64,000 nt of DNA from an uncultured Verrucomicrobiae bacterium (GTDB taxonomy: Bacteria; Verrucomicrobiota; Verrucomicrobiia; Chthoniobacterales; JAATET01), in assembly GCA_963719495.1 (NCBI GenBank), contig CAVRCI010000012.1, positions 60,098 through 124,097 of the forward strand. The letters are read 5' to 3'. Of this stretch, positions 10,012 to 20,944 are shown in pieces. Positions within the stretch are counted from its first letter, which is position 1; each line of letters opens with the position of its first letter. The translations under genes were made by a program, and so were the position numbers. Under the pieces are notes generated by a model. The model did no database searches. It was not told the origin of the DNA and was given only the letters and a program-made list of their open reading frames with translations.

Positions 10012-11242
10012 CTACCGGCCCAGCAGCCGCCCGATCGCCAGCGCATTCAGCACCGTCTTGGGGACGAACGAATCGGCGGCGACCCATTCCTGCTCCTTCG
10101 TCCCATCGGCCGATTGCTCGGAACAATGGGAATTCTCCCCGCCGGGCCCCAGCCCGTCCAGCGTCGGAAAGGTGCCCCACAGGACGTTGCCGTCGCTGAG
10201 CCCCCCGCGGGACGGCGAGCACCGAATGGCCCACTTGGCGGCCCGCCTCCTTCCAGATCGCGATGAGCGAGTCCGTCCCCTCGTTCCGCGGCCACGGCGG
10301 AGTCTCGTCCTCGACCTCGACCACCACCTCGCAGGCCCGGTGGGATCCGTCCTGCGACCGCACCCGGCCCGGCCCGGCCAGCGCGAGCAGCTTCGTTTTC
10401 GCCGCCGCGTAGACGTCCGGGTCAAACGCCCGCAGCTCGAGCCGGGCGTACGCCTCGTGGGGCACCCGGTTGGTCACGGTGCCGCCCTCGATTCGACCGA
10501 CGTTGACCGTGAGATCGGCGTCGTAATCCGTGAGCGCACTCGCTTCCGCGACGACGCGGGCCAGCTCGACGATGGCGTTCGCCCCGGCGGCGTGGCCACC
10601 GCCCGCGTGGGCGGCGTGGCCGGCGACTCCGATCCTCACGGAAGCCCGTCCCTTGCGGGCGGCGACGAGTTCGGACGTCTTCGGGGCGCTCGAGTCGGCC
10701 TCGAAAATGAGGCAGGCGCGGGTGTCGGACGGGAGCACGCGGTGACAAACCCGGCCAAAGTCGTGCGAATCGACCTCCTCGCAGGCGTTGATCAGCAGGA
10801 TCCAATCCGTCTCGTGGAAGAGCCCTTCGTCCGCGTCCCGGATGGCGTTTAGCAGGAGAAAAATCCCGACGGTTCCGCCCTTGATGTCGTTCGTTCCCGG
10901 GCCGTAGATCCGATCGCCTTCGCGGCGCCACGCAAAGGCGTTGCGCCGTTCTTCGTCCGCCGGAAAGACGGTGTCGTGGTGGGAGATGAGCGCAATGGTC
11001 GGCGCGCCCGGGATCTGCCGAGGTCGGCGAAGGATCAAGTGCGGGCCGTGCGCGGCGTTGGCGGCTGGCACCATTTCCGCCTCGAAACCCAGCGGGGCGA
11101 AGGCGGCGGCGGTCAGCTCGGCCACCCGGCGCACCCCATCCGGGTTCGTCGTGAAGCTGTTCACCGCGACCAGTCGCTCGAGCAACTCGAGGGCTGGCGT
11201 GAGGTGACGTTCGCAGATGGCGGTGAGATTCGTGGGATTCAT
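10012..11242 (-). pseudogene. M20 family metallopeptidase (glutamate carboxypeptidase-like), frameshifted near 10205
   Basis: SHHDTVF, GPGTNDIKGG, CEE and AHAG..GANAI are in one frame; the C-terminal GGLSDGN...LDGLGP.G.NSH motif is in another frame past a G homopolymer (plus-strand cccccc 10201-10206). May be a sequencing error. Confidence 0.75.
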
Positions 11243-11316
11243 TCGGTGGGAGACTGCCGGTGGCACGTCCATTGGACATGGCGCGCCCGATGCTAGGATA
11301 ATCCGCAAACTCACGC

Positions 11317-12249
11317 ATGGAAATTTCCGCCGATCTCCCCGTCGTCGACCTCGATCTCACCGTTCGGGTCGGCTACGAAATTTCCTACGAGACCACCTCG
11401 CCGACTCCGGCCTTGGTCACGCTGAAACCACGGCAGGACCCCTTCCAATCGATCCGTCAGGAGAGCATCGGATTCGAACCCGAGCCGCACGCGACGGAAT
11501 TCGAGGACGACCACGAGAACATCGTCTACCGGATGAAGCTCGCGGCGGGGCGCAACGTCATGCGCTACGACGCGTTGGTGAACGTCCCAGCGCGTAGCGA
11601 GGACTTCCTCTGGCTCGACGAGCCCCACGCCCCGCACCTCCTGCCCGCCGCGATCCTGCGTTACACGGTCCCGACGCGCTACTGCGACTCCGACAAGCTC
11701 CTCGACTTCGCGTGGCAGAAATTCGGCCACCTGCCGCAGGGCCTCGGACGAATCCGCGCGATCTGCGCCTGGTTGCACGAAAACATCGAGTATCGCACCG
11801 GGACCTACAGCGCGAACACGTCGGCCTGGGAGACCATCCAGCGCGGCTACGGCGTGTGCCGCGATCTCGCGCACGCCGGGGTGGCGCTGTGCCGCACCTT
11901 CAATCTGCCCGCCCGATACGTCAGTGGCTACGTGCCCGACATCGGGTGCGAGGATCCCGGGACGCCGATGGATTTCCACGCCTACTTCGAGGTCTTCATG
12001 GGCGGGCGCTGGCAGGTCTTCGACGCCCGGTTCGCCGGGCCGCGGACGGGGCGCATCCGGATTTGTGCCGGCTACGACGCGGTCAACTGCGCGTTCGGCA
12101 CGTTTTTTGGTTCGGCGATTCTGACGAATTTCACGGTCTGGTCCTATCAGGTCGATCCGGTCGACGTGCGGGTCGGGGACCCCGTCGACCTGTCGAAACG
12201 CTGGTGCGGAACGCCCGAAATCCGCCGGCCCGCCGCGGCGATGGTTTGA
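11317..12249 (+). CDS. Transglutaminase-like family protein
   Basis: PTRYCDSD, GVCRDLAH, PARYVSGY, MDFHAYFEV....W..FDAR (Cys-His-Asp triad). Confidence 0.9.
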   Translation: MEISADLPVVDLDLTVRVGYEISYETTSPTPALVTLKPRQDPFQSIRQESIGFEPEPHATEFEDDHENIVYRMKLAAGRNVMRYDALVNVPARSEDFLWLDEPHAPHLLPAAILRYTVPTRYCDSDKLLDFAWQKFGHLPQGLGRIRAICAWLHENIEYRTGTYSANTSAWETIQRGYGVCRDLAHAGVALCRTFNLPARYVSGYVPDIGCEDPGTPMDFHAYFEVFMGGRWQVFDARFAGPRTGRIRICAGYDAVNCAFGTFFGSAILTNFTVWSYQVDPVDVRVGDPVDLSKRWCGTPEIRRPAAAMV

Positions 12250-12326
12250 TTCCCGCCCAGCCATTTCCGAATTAGGGCTTTCGTGAGCAGCGACCCGGGG
12301 TAACTTCCACGAAACCTCCATCTCTC

Positions 12327-12734
12327 ATGAAAATCGTCGAACAACTCGCCCTCTTCCTCGACAACCAGCCCGGAACTCTCGCGGCCGTCTGCGACGCCCT
12401 CGCGGACGAACGAATCAGCATTTACGCGCTGAGCGTGGCGGACTCCTCGGACTACGCGGTGATCCGCCTGGTCGTGAGCGACCCTCGCCGGGCGCTGCAT
12501 TTGTTCGAGGAGCGTGGGACTCTCGTGATCGAGAGCGACGTCCTCATGCTCGAGGGTTCGAACAAACCGGGCGGGCTCTCCGCCATCGTGAAGGTCCTCG
12601 CGAAGAAGAAGATCAACATCGACTACGCCTACCTCGCGACCCTGCCAACCGCGAAAAAGGGCCTCCTCATTCTCAGCGTGAGCGACGTGAAGCGCGGGCA
12701 GAAGGCGCTCCAGGACGCCGGCCTGGACCGCTGA
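12327..12734 (+). CDS. Tandem ACT-domain protein
   Basis: QLALFLDNQPGTL and NKPGGL...L....INIDYAY repeats. Confidence 0.88.
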   Translation: MKIVEQLALFLDNQPGTLAAVCDALADERISIYALSVADSSDYAVIRLVVSDPRRALHLFEERGTLVIESDVLMLEGSNKPGGLSAIVKVLAKKKINIDYAYLATLPTAKKGLLILSVSDVKRGQKALQDAGLDR

Positions 12735-12754
12735 TCCGGCCTCGGGATCGTCGA

Positions 12755-15373
12755 TCAGGCGCGCTCGCTGATCTTGCGGAGAGTCCGCTCGAGGGCGTCG
12801 CGGCGGATCGGTTTGGTGAGGTAAAAATCCATTCCGGCGGCGAAACACGCTTCGCGATCATCGCTCATCGCTCCGGCGGTGAGCGCGACGATCGGCAGGG
12901 GCGAGCGGCGTCCCACCCCGCCGAGTTCACGCTCGCGGATGGCTCGCGTCGCGTCGAGCCCGTCGATCTCGGGCATCTGGACATCCATCAGGATGACGTC
13001 GAAGGACCCGGCCTCCAGCGCCGCGTAACATTCCTTCGCCGAGCCGACGGCCTCGCTGCGATCCCCGAGCAGGGCGAGCAGCTGCGTGGTGAGCCGACGG
13101 TTGATGGGATTATCGTCGACGACGAGCACTCGCAACGCCCGGCGCGAGGTCTCGTTGATCGGCGGCGGCTCCCGCCTCTGGTCGCCGGACAGGGAGGCGG
13201 CCTCCATTTCCGTCGGCAGCACGAGCGGGATCTCGAGGTAGAAGGTCGTCCCGTCCTCCGACGACTTGACGATGCCAATCTCGCCGTCGAGCAGGCCGGC
13301 GAGCCGCCTGCTGATGGCCAGGCCCAGGCCGGTGCCGCCGAAGCGCCGCGTCGTCGACGTGTCGGCCTGGGAGAAGGGCTGGAAGAGGTTCTGAATTTTC
13401 TCGGCGGAAATGCCGATGCCCGTATCGACGACCTCGAAGCGAACGACCGGAGCCTCCGACGTGTTCGCCCTCCGCACGTCGACCGTGACACTGCCACGGT
13501 CGGTGAATTTGACGGCGTTCCCGACGAGGTTGATGAGAATCTGGCGCAGTCGGGCGGAATCCGTTCGGACGTGGCGGGGGATGCCGGGGTCGATGCGAAT
13601 TTCGAGGGCCACGTCGCGCGAGCGGCTGGCGGGGAGGTAGAGATCCACGACGTCCTCGACGCAGCGGTGGAGATCCGTCGCGACAATCTCGACGGCCATG
13701 CGCCCGGACTCGATCTTCGAGAAATCGAGGATGTCGTTGAGCAGGACGAGCAGGGCGTCGCCGCTGCGCTGGATCGTGTCGAGGTATTCGCGCTGCAGGT
13801 CGTCGAGCGGGGTCTGGAGGATGAGGTCGGCGAATCCCAGGACGCTGTTGAGCGGCGTCCGGATCTCGTGGCTCATCATCGCGAGGAAGGCGCTCTTCGT
13901 GAGAGCGGCGGCCTCGGCGGCTTCCTTCTGGAAGCGCAGTTCCTGCTCGTGACGCTGCCTCTCGGTGATGTCGAGCGAGGCCCCGCGGTAGCCGATGCAT
14001 TGGCCACTGTCGTCGAATCGCGGCACGCCGCTCGCGGAGATCCAGAGAATCTCGCCGTCGGACCGCCGGATGCGGTGAACGAAATTCCGGAACGGTCCGG
14101 CCTCGGCGACGATCTCGTCGGATTCCTGCACCACCTGATCCCGGTCCTCGGCTGGCAGCCAGTCGAATGGGTGGTGGCCGAGAACGTCCTTCGGCGCGCG
14201 GCCCAACACCTCCTGCACGCGGGGCGAAACGAACACGTAACGCCCCTCGACGTCGACTTCCCAGATGAACTCGCCCACGGCGTCGCTCACGTCTCGAAAA
14301 CGCTGCTCGCTGACGATGAGCTGCGCCTGCGCGGAGTGGATTTCGGACAAATCGTAGCACGCCAGCAGCAGGACCTCGCGCTGCTCGTCGGTCGCCCGGC
14401 TGAGGAAGACGTCCATCTCGAGACTCGAGCCATCGGTCCGGCGAAAGGTCCATTCGAAGTGGGCGAAGGATTCCTCCATCGCCCGCAGGACGTGCTCGGA
14501 CCAGGCCTCGGCCGAGAGCGCGCCGTCCGGCTGGCGCTTCGGCCACAGACTCCAGAGCGGCATGGCGAGCAGCGCGTCCGGCGAATCGGCACCAAACGCG
14601 CGCGCCGCGGCGTGGTTGGCACGCAGGAATTCGTCGCCGTCGAACTCGAGGTGAGGCGTGGGATTTTGGCTAATGAATCCGGCGACGCTCTCGGCGGCCT
14701 TCCGTTCGGTGGCCTGGGCCGCGGTCAGATCGGCCTCCTGGCGGAGGGCCTGAAGCCGGGAGCGGTAGACGTAAAGCCCGAGACCGACCGCCGCCAGGAG
14801 AACGGCGACCGTAGCTCCCAATCCGCCGACGACGATCCACGCGACCCACGTGCGGATGTTGGTGAGGTCGACGTCCACGGCGACGATGCGGTCGACCGCG
14901 CCACCGCTCCCGTGGACGGGGGCGTAACCGGTGAGCGATCGCGGCGTCCGAAAAATGTCGGGCAGCCTCGCCTCGACCTCGTCGAGTCCCTGCCGGATCC
15001 GGGCGACGATCGAGGCCGTCAACGGCCCGCCAGCCTCCCGCGTGCCGCGGATCTGCCCGCCTTCGAGTGAATACACGCGCAACCCGACGACGGTCGGATC
15101 ATCCGACAGCACCCCGGCGAGATCCGCGTCGAGTCGACCGCTCGGGGCGGACTGCGAAGGGAGCGCCGCCACGGACTGCGCCGCCCGCGCGGCCAGATCC
15201 TCGACCCGCTCGTGCTCGTCGACGAGCAGCGACCCCCGCAACAGCAGCATCGCGAAGAGGGTGACGTGGGCGAGAACGAATCCGGCGGCGATCGCGGTGA
15301 AGATCGCGTCGCGGACGGGACGGATTCCCGGTCCGGCGGCGGCGGACTGGGATGCGGGCGGGCGGCTTTTCAA
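12755..15373 (-). CDS. Hybrid sensor histidine kinase (TM, PAS domains, HisKA, HATPase, receiver)
   Basis: FLAMMSHEIRTPLN, RLRQILINLVGNAVKFT, DTGIG, GGTGLGLAI, VLVVDDN, ILMDVQMP.IDGL; start uncertain (TTG 15373 chosen). Confidence 0.93.
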   Translation of the reverse strand: MKSRPPASQSAAAGPGIRPVRDAIFTAIAAGFVLAHVTLFAMLLLRGSLLVDEHERVEDLAARAAQSVAALPSQSAPSGRLDADLAGVLSDDPTVVGLRVYSLEGGQIRGTREAGGPLTASIVARIRQGLDEVEARLPDIFRTPRSLTGYAPVHGSGGAVDRIVAVDVDLTNIRTWVAWIVVGGLGATVAVLLAAVGLGLYVYRSRLQALRQEADLTAAQATERKAAESVAGFISQNPTPHLEFDGDEFLRANHAAARAFGADSPDALLAMPLWSLWPKRQPDGALSAEAWSEHVLRAMEESFAHFEWTFRRTDGSSLEMDVFLSRATDEQREVLLLACYDLSEIHSAQAQLIVSEQRFRDVSDAVGEFIWEVDVEGRYVFVSPRVQEVLGRAPKDVLGHHPFDWLPAEDRDQVVQESDEIVAEAGPFRNFVHRIRRSDGEILWISASGVPRFDDSGQCIGYRGASLDITERQRHEQELRFQKEAAEAAALTKSAFLAMMSHEIRTPLNSVLGFADLILQTPLDDLQREYLDTIQRSGDALLVLLNDILDFSKIESGRMAVEIVATDLHRCVEDVVDLYLPASRSRDVALEIRIDPGIPRHVRTDSARLRQILINLVGNAVKFTDRGSVTVDVRRANTSEAPVVRFEVVDTGIGISAEKIQNLFQPFSQADTSTTRRFGGTGLGLAISRRLAGLLDGEIGIVKSSEDGTTFYLEIPLVLPTEMEAASLSGDQRREPPPINETSRRALRVLVVDDNPINRRLTTQLLALLGDRSEAVGSAKECYAALEAGSFDVILMDVQMPEIDGLDATRAIRERELGGVGRRSPLPIVALTAGAMSDDREACFAAGMDFYLTKPIRRDALERTLRKISERA

Positions 15374-15487
15374 AACTCGGGATGGGGCTTGCGCCCGATC
15401 AGGTTTGCCACGCTGGATTGAGGATTGCAAACGCGGGGGGCATTTGCGACGACGGACAAGGCTTTTCAACCCGCCTTGATCGATCGA

Positions 15488-16645
15488 ATGAACGTCCTCC
15501 GACCCGCCACCCACTCAATCGCCATTGTGCTCTGCCTCGCCGCCACGTCGGCCTTCGCGCAGGACACCCCCACCATCACGGTGCGAAAAACCGACGCGGT
15601 CAGTCTGGCCGTCGAGGGCATCGGCGGCGGTGAGGGCCCGGCCGTGCAATCCGTCCTCACGAACGATCTTTCCCTCGCGGGCTGGTTCTCCCTGTCGGCC
15701 CCCGGCAGCGCGTCCTACGTCGTGTCGGGTTCGGCGTCCGGCGGATCGCTCAGCGGGACGGTCAAGGACCGCGGCGGGGCCACCGTTCTGAGTGGAAAAT
15801 ACTCCGGCACGCCGCGCGAGCGGGCGCACCAATTCGCCGACGAGATCGTCGAGACGATCACCGGGAATCCCGGCATCGCGACGTCGACGATCGCGTTCGT
15901 CTCCACGAAGACCGGGAAAAAGGAGATTTACACGGCCGACTACGATGGCGCGAACGTCAAGCAGCTCACCCGCGACGGCGTCATCAGCGTGGCTCCGGCG
16001 ATCAGCCCCAACGCCCGCAAACTCGCCTACACCGGCTACCAGAGCGGCTACGCCGACATCTATCTGGTGGAACTCGCCAGCGGCTCCCGTAATCGGATCA
16101 TCAAATTCCCCGGCACGAACAGCGGCGCGGCATTCTCGCCCGACGGTGGCCGCATCGCGTGCTCGATCAGCAAGGACGGCAACCCGGAACTCTACGTCCT
16201 GAGCGCCAACGGCGGAGGTGCCCGCCGCCTCACCCGCACCCGCGGCGTCGAGTCGTCGCCGAGCTGGTCGCCGGATGGCGGCGAGATCGCCTATTCGTCG
16301 GACGAAGGCGGTAGCCCGCAGATTTACCGCATCGGCTCCGGCGGCGGATCGGCCCGCAAGATCAACACCGGCTACGGCTACTGCACCGAGCCGAGCTGGT
16401 CGCCGGACGGCAAAAAACTCGCCTTCACGGCGCGGACGGGCGGTTTTTCCATCGCGATGGTCGATCTGGCTTCGGGCGGCGCACGCATCCTCGCGTCGGG
16501 CGAGAACCCCGAGTGGGGCGCGAATTCCCGCCACGTCATCTACAGTTCGGGATCGTCGATCATCCTGCTCGACACGCAAACCGGCCGACCCACCACGGTC
16601 GTATCGGGTCTCGGCAAGGTCTCCGAACCCTCGTGGTCGCGTTGA
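15488..16645 (+). CDS. tolB: Tol-Pal beta-propeller protein TolB
   Basis: Signal peptide; AHQFADEIVE.ITG.PG, EIYTADYDG.N, repeated P.WSPDG blades; upstream of pal. Confidence 0.9.
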   Translation: MNVLRPATHSIAIVLCLAATSAFAQDTPTITVRKTDAVSLAVEGIGGGEGPAVQSVLTNDLSLAGWFSLSAPGSASYVVSGSASGGSLSGTVKDRGGATVLSGKYSGTPRERAHQFADEIVETITGNPGIATSTIAFVSTKTGKKEIYTADYDGANVKQLTRDGVISVAPAISPNARKLAYTGYQSGYADIYLVELASGSRNRIIKFPGTNSGAAFSPDGGRIACSISKDGNPELYVLSANGGGARRLTRTRGVESSPSWSPDGGEIAYSSDEGGSPQIYRIGSGGGSARKINTGYGYCTEPSWSPDGKKLAFTARTGGFSIAMVDLASGGARILASGENPEWGANSRHVIYSSGSSIILLDTQTGRPTTVVSGLGKVSEPSWSR

Positions 16646-16696
16646 TCGGCGGATAAGCATTGAGTTTTCGTTCGAAACGGCGTTTTCAATAGCGGC

Positions 16697-17203
16697 ATGA
16701 AGCGATTTTTCTCAGTTGTTCTCGTCACCGCGCTCGCGGTCGGCCTCACGTCCTGCGCCAACAAGAAGGGGACCGATGGCGACTACGTCGGCGTCGATGG
16801 CGATTACGTGACCGGCACGCCGCTTCCGGATCGGATCGAAGGCTCGAATTTCTTCGGCTCGACGGTGAACCGCAGCCAATTCCCACCCGTTTACTTCGGC
16901 TACGACAGCGTCGAGGTCGCCGACTCCGAATTCACGACCCTGGACACCGTCGCCTCCTCGATGCAGGGGCTCGACAACGACATCATCATCGCCGGCTTCA
17001 CCGACGAGCGGGGCACCGAGGAATACAATCGCGGTCTCGGCGAGCGCCGGGCGCAGGCCGTCCGCGAAGCGCTCATCGGAATGGGAATCAGCGGCCAGCG
17101 CATCCAGACCGTCAGCTTCGGCGAGGAAATGCCCGCCGACGCCGGCAGCGGCGACTCCGCCTGGGCGGCCAACCGCCGCGCGGAGTTCGGCGTCATTCGC
17201 TAG
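16697..17203 (+). CDS. pal: Peptidoglycan-associated lipoprotein (OmpA family)
   Basis: Lipobox LTSC; VYFGYDS, GFTDERGTEEYN..LGERRA, VSFGEE, NRRAEF. Confidence 0.92.
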   Translation: MKRFFSVVLVTALAVGLTSCANKKGTDGDYVGVDGDYVTGTPLPDRIEGSNFFGSTVNRSQFPPVYFGYDSVEVADSEFTTLDTVASSMQGLDNDIIIAGFTDERGTEEYNRGLGERRAQAVREALIGMGISGQRIQTVSFGEEMPADAGSGDSAWAANRRAEFGVIR

Positions 17204-17213
17204 ATCGGCTGGC

Positions 17214-18404
17214 GTGGCCGTTCCCCTACTCGACCTCGCGCGGCAATACGCGCGCATCAAGGACGCCGTCTCGGCCGAGATCGAGGCCGTCGTGGCGTCG
17301 CAGGCGTTCATCCTCGGCCCCAAAGTCGAGGCGCTGGAATCGGAGTTCGTCACCGCGACCGGCTGCGGCCACGCGGTCGGCATGTCGTCCGGCACCGACG
17401 CGTGGCTGGCCATCCTCATGGCGGAGGGCTGGGGCCCGCGTGACGCGATCGTCACGACGCCCTACACGTTTTTTGCGACGGTCGGTTGCGTCCACCGCCT
17501 CGGGATCGAGACCGTCTTCGTCGACATCGACCCGGTCACCTACAACCTCGATCCCGCAAAATTGGAGGATTGCCTCGCCGGGATGAGCCGCGGGCCGGAC
17601 GGGGAATTCATCACGCCGAACGGCAACACGCTCCGCGCCATCGTCCCCGTCCACCTCTTCGGCCTCGTCTGCGAGATGGACGCGATCCGGCGGATCGCGA
17701 CGAATTGTCGGCTCAAGATCGTCGAAGACGCCGCGCAGGCCATCGGGGCCGAGTATCCCGGCGAGGCGGGCACGTTGCGGGCGGGCGCCATCGGGGAATA
17801 CGGCTACTTCAGCTTCTTCCCGGCGAAAAATCTCGGAGCCTACGGCGACGCGGGGCTCTCGACGTGCGCGGCAGCCGGGGACGCCGACCGCCTCCGCCTG
17901 ATGCGTAATCACGGGATGGAGCAGCGGTATTTTCACCGCGAAGTCGGTGGGAATTTCCGCCTCGATTCGCTCCAGGCCGCGATCCTCAGCGTCAAATTCC
18001 CCCACGTGGCCCAATGGAACGCCGAGCGCCGCCGCAACGCCGACCTCTACGCCGAAGCCTTCGACGCCGCCGGACTCACCGACCGGCTCACGCTACCCGC
18101 CCGCCCCTTCCGCGGCCGCGTCGAGAGCGACCACATTTTCCATCAGTTCGTCCTCCGCGCTCCGCACCGCGACGCACTCTCGCGGCACCTCGCCGATCGG
18201 AAGATTGGCCACGGGATCTACTACCCCGTGCCGCTCCACCGGCAGGAGTGCTTCGCGTATCTCGAGTACGAGGAAGGCAGCCTCCCGGAATCCGAACGCG
18301 CGGCGCTCGAGACCCTCGCGCTCCCGATCTTCTCCGAGCTCCGCGAGGACGAGATCGGCGAAATCGTCGACGCCGTCGCGGCGTTCTACGAGAGCCACGC
18401 CTGA
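17214..18404 (+). CDS. DegT/DnrJ/EryC1/StrS PLP-dependent aminotransferase
   Basis: VPLLDL, TPYTFFAT, PVHLFG, EDAAQAIGA, FSFFPAKNLGAYGDAG. Confidence 0.93.
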   Translation: MAVPLLDLARQYARIKDAVSAEIEAVVASQAFILGPKVEALESEFVTATGCGHAVGMSSGTDAWLAILMAEGWGPRDAIVTTPYTFFATVGCVHRLGIETVFVDIDPVTYNLDPAKLEDCLAGMSRGPDGEFITPNGNTLRAIVPVHLFGLVCEMDAIRRIATNCRLKIVEDAAQAIGAEYPGEAGTLRAGAIGEYGYFSFFPAKNLGAYGDAGLSTCAAAGDADRLRLMRNHGMEQRYFHREVGGNFRLDSLQAAILSVKFPHVAQWNAERRRNADLYAEAFDAAGLTDRLTLPARPFRGRVESDHIFHQFVLRAPHRDALSRHLADRKIGHGIYYPVPLHRQECFAYLEYEEGSLPESERAALETLALPIFSELREDEIGEIVDAVAAFYESHA

Positions 18405-18432
18405 TACTCCTTCGCGGGAGTGCCGCCGCCCA

Positions 18433-20289
18433 CTAACCGGACTGGTCCGCCGAATCTTCGGCCGCCGAATCGTCGTCGCCGTCAGCGCCGGCGCCATTGA
18501 ACGCCTGCTCGAGTGCCTTACCGATCAGCGGAGCCGCGTGCGATCCGCCGTGAATGCTGTCGTCGCCGGGCTTGCCTTCGTAGACAGCCGCGAAGGCATA
18601 TCGGGCGTTGTCCGCCGGTGCGAATCCGCAGAACCACGCCGCCGTCTTCTGGTTATCCTTCGGACCCCACTGCGCGGTCCCCGTCTTGCCCGCGACGTGG
18701 ATGCCGTCGACCTGCGCGCGGTGCGCCGTGCCATTGCCCGCCTCCGTCACGTCGACCAACGCCTTGCGGAGCTGATCCATGATCTCGTCCGAAATCGGCA
18801 GCTCGGCTCGCAGGCGATCCGGGTAGGCGGCGACCACGCCATTGTCGAGCGACTGGATCTGCTTCACGAGCCGGGTCTGGTGAAATTTCCCGCCTTCCGC
18901 GATCACCCCCATCGCCTGCGCCATCTGGAGCGGCGTGATGAGAATGTCGCCCTGCCCGATGCTCATGTTCGCGACGTCGCCGTTGAGAATCTTCCGCTTG
19001 TGGACGCGCAGCATGTATTCGTCGGTCGGGATGTTTCCCGAGGCCTCGGCCTGCAGCGGGATGCCGGTCCTCTGACCCAATCCGAGCCGAGTCGCCCAGT
19101 CGATGATCGGCTCCGACCCGATCTTGATCCCGACCTGGTAGAACCACGTGTTGCAGGACTGCGTGAGCGCCTCGACAAAGTTCAGCGAACCCGCGCCGGT
19201 CTTCTTCCAATTCCGGAAAACAAAATTCCCAACGCTCAGCGCCGCCGGACACCCGAACTCCGACGACGGCTTGATCTTGCCGGTCTCGAGCGCGGCCAAT
19301 CCGACGATCGTCTTGAAGATCGACCCGGGCGGATACGCCGACCGAAACGCCCGCGGATACAGCGGCACGGCGGGATCGTTGTTCAGCACGTCGAAGTCGG
19401 CCTGCGTCACGTAAGGCACGAAGACGTTCGGGTCGAAGCTCGGCCACGACGCCATCGCCAGAATCTCCCCCGTTTTCGGATCGATCATCACGATCGCCCC
19501 GCGCTCGCAATTCTTCTCCAGCACTTCTTCGCAGATCGCCTGCAGCCGGGCGTCGATGGTCGAAATCACGTTGTACCCCGGCACCGGCGGCTGCGCGATT
19601 CGCTCCGACGTCTTCCGTCCCTCGGCGTCGAACGTGAGGCTCAGGACTCCCGGGCGGCCTTCGAGCTCGGTGTTGAAAATCTGCTCCAGCCCTTCGCGAC
19701 CCTCGCTTTCGGAGAAAATCAGATCGCCGTTTTCGATCGGTTTGAGCGAAAGCGGTGCCTGCTGCCCGACGTAACCGATGATGTGAGCCGCCAGCCGCCC
19801 CTGCGGGTAAAAACGCGCGTAGCTCTGCCGCAAAACGAGCGTCGGCGTCACCCCAGCCGCCACGACGGATAACTCGCTCGCCTGCAGATCCTCGGCGATG
19901 TCATACGGCAGCGCGCCCCGATTTTTGTAATGATCGAGGACCTTCTTCTCGTTGATCCGGATCTCCCGTCCCAGCAAACCCCGCGCCAGGGTCGCCTGCT
20001 GCCGCGCGAAAGCGACCACCCGCTCGTCGGTGAAATCCAGCGGAGAAGGAAACGCGATCGCCAGATTGTAGCTCACCTCGGACTGCGCAAAGGGCTTGCC
20101 GTTGCGGTCCGTGATCAGGCCGCGCGGAGCCGGGATGCCGAGCTGCCAGGTGCGCGCCTGCTTCTGCGTCTCCCACGTCGGCTTGGGATTTTCGACCGTC
20201 CCCGTGTTGTCCACCACAGCCTCCTGACCGACCGCGGCCGCCACCAGCCCTATCCCCACCAAACTCCGAAGCAAACGCGTCATTTTCAC
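18433..20289 (-). CDS. mrdA: Penicillin-binding protein 2
   Basis: APRGLITDRNG dimerisation domain; SIFK (SxxK), SCN (SxN) and KTG motifs. Confidence 0.88.
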   Translation of the reverse strand: MKMTRLLRSLVGIGLVAAAVGQEAVVDNTGTVENPKPTWETQKQARTWQLGIPAPRGLITDRNGKPFAQSEVSYNLAIAFPSPLDFTDERVVAFARQQATLARGLLGREIRINEKKVLDHYKNRGALPYDIAEDLQASELSVVAAGVTPTLVLRQSYARFYPQGRLAAHIIGYVGQQAPLSLKPIENGDLIFSESEGREGLEQIFNTELEGRPGVLSLTFDAEGRKTSERIAQPPVPGYNVISTIDARLQAICEEVLEKNCERGAIVMIDPKTGEILAMASWPSFDPNVFVPYVTQADFDVLNNDPAVPLYPRAFRSAYPPGSIFKTIVGLAALETGKIKPSSEFGCPAALSVGNFVFRNWKKTGAGSLNFVEALTQSCNTWFYQVGIKIGSEPIIDWATRLGLGQRTGIPLQAEASGNIPTDEYMLRVHKRKILNGDVANMSIGQGDILITPLQMAQAMGVIAEGGKFHQTRLVKQIQSLDNGVVAAYPDRLRAELPISDEIMDQLRKALVDVTEAGNGTAHRAQVDGIHVAGKTGTAQWGPKDNQKTAAWFCGFAPADNARYAFAAVYEGKPGDDSIHGGSHAAPLIGKALEQAFNGAGADGDDDSAAEDSADQSG

Positions 20290-20353
20290 AAGGCCGCGAA
20301 CATAACCCCGGCCCCGTCAAAGGCAAATCCGCGCTTGATCGGATCGGAACTCC

Positions 20354-20944
20354 AGGTGTGATTGAGAGCGCGTCCGAGGCCGGACCGGAAAGTGGCTGTG
20401 GAATTCGCGATAGCAAACCAGCACCCGTCGAGTCGCCAGCGAGGCCCACGCCCGGACGGCCAAGAGCCCGCGCGAGCGAATCAAACCTTCGGCTACCCTC
20501 GGAGTTCGCGGCAGAACCCCAATCCCCCACCTTCCCTGTAAAATGTGACGACCGTCACATTTTACAGGGAAGGGGATGGGCGGCGAGATGCTCGGGCGGA
20601 GCCCGGCTGGGTGCTTCTGGCGAGCCGTGGCGATCCGGAGTTTGCTTGTCGGAAGGCCGCCAATTCAGCCCCCCCGGCCTGGCAGCGGCGACCGCACCAA
20701 TGAATCCGCTCCCGATAAAACGTAACGGCCGTTACGTTTTATCGGTCGACGCTGCGGGGACTTGGGAGGAGGTGGGATATTGGGCTGAGGCGCGCTCGGA
20801 TGAAGCGGGTGATCCGATGCCGACAGGTCGGATCGCGGCGATCTCCCGCGGATTCGTCGCCGGCATCCTGGTGCACCCTCGGTCACGCGTTGTTGGGTTT
20901 CGTGCGACTCTCCGACCGAACAGGACGCGCTCTCGATCTCATCC
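20354..20944. mobile_element. MITE-like non-coding element, copy 1
   Basis: TIRs aggtgtgattgagagcgcgtcc / ggacgcgctctcgatctcatcc; colinear with 27916-28496; palindromes at 20530-20573 and 20712-20745. Confidence 0.7.
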
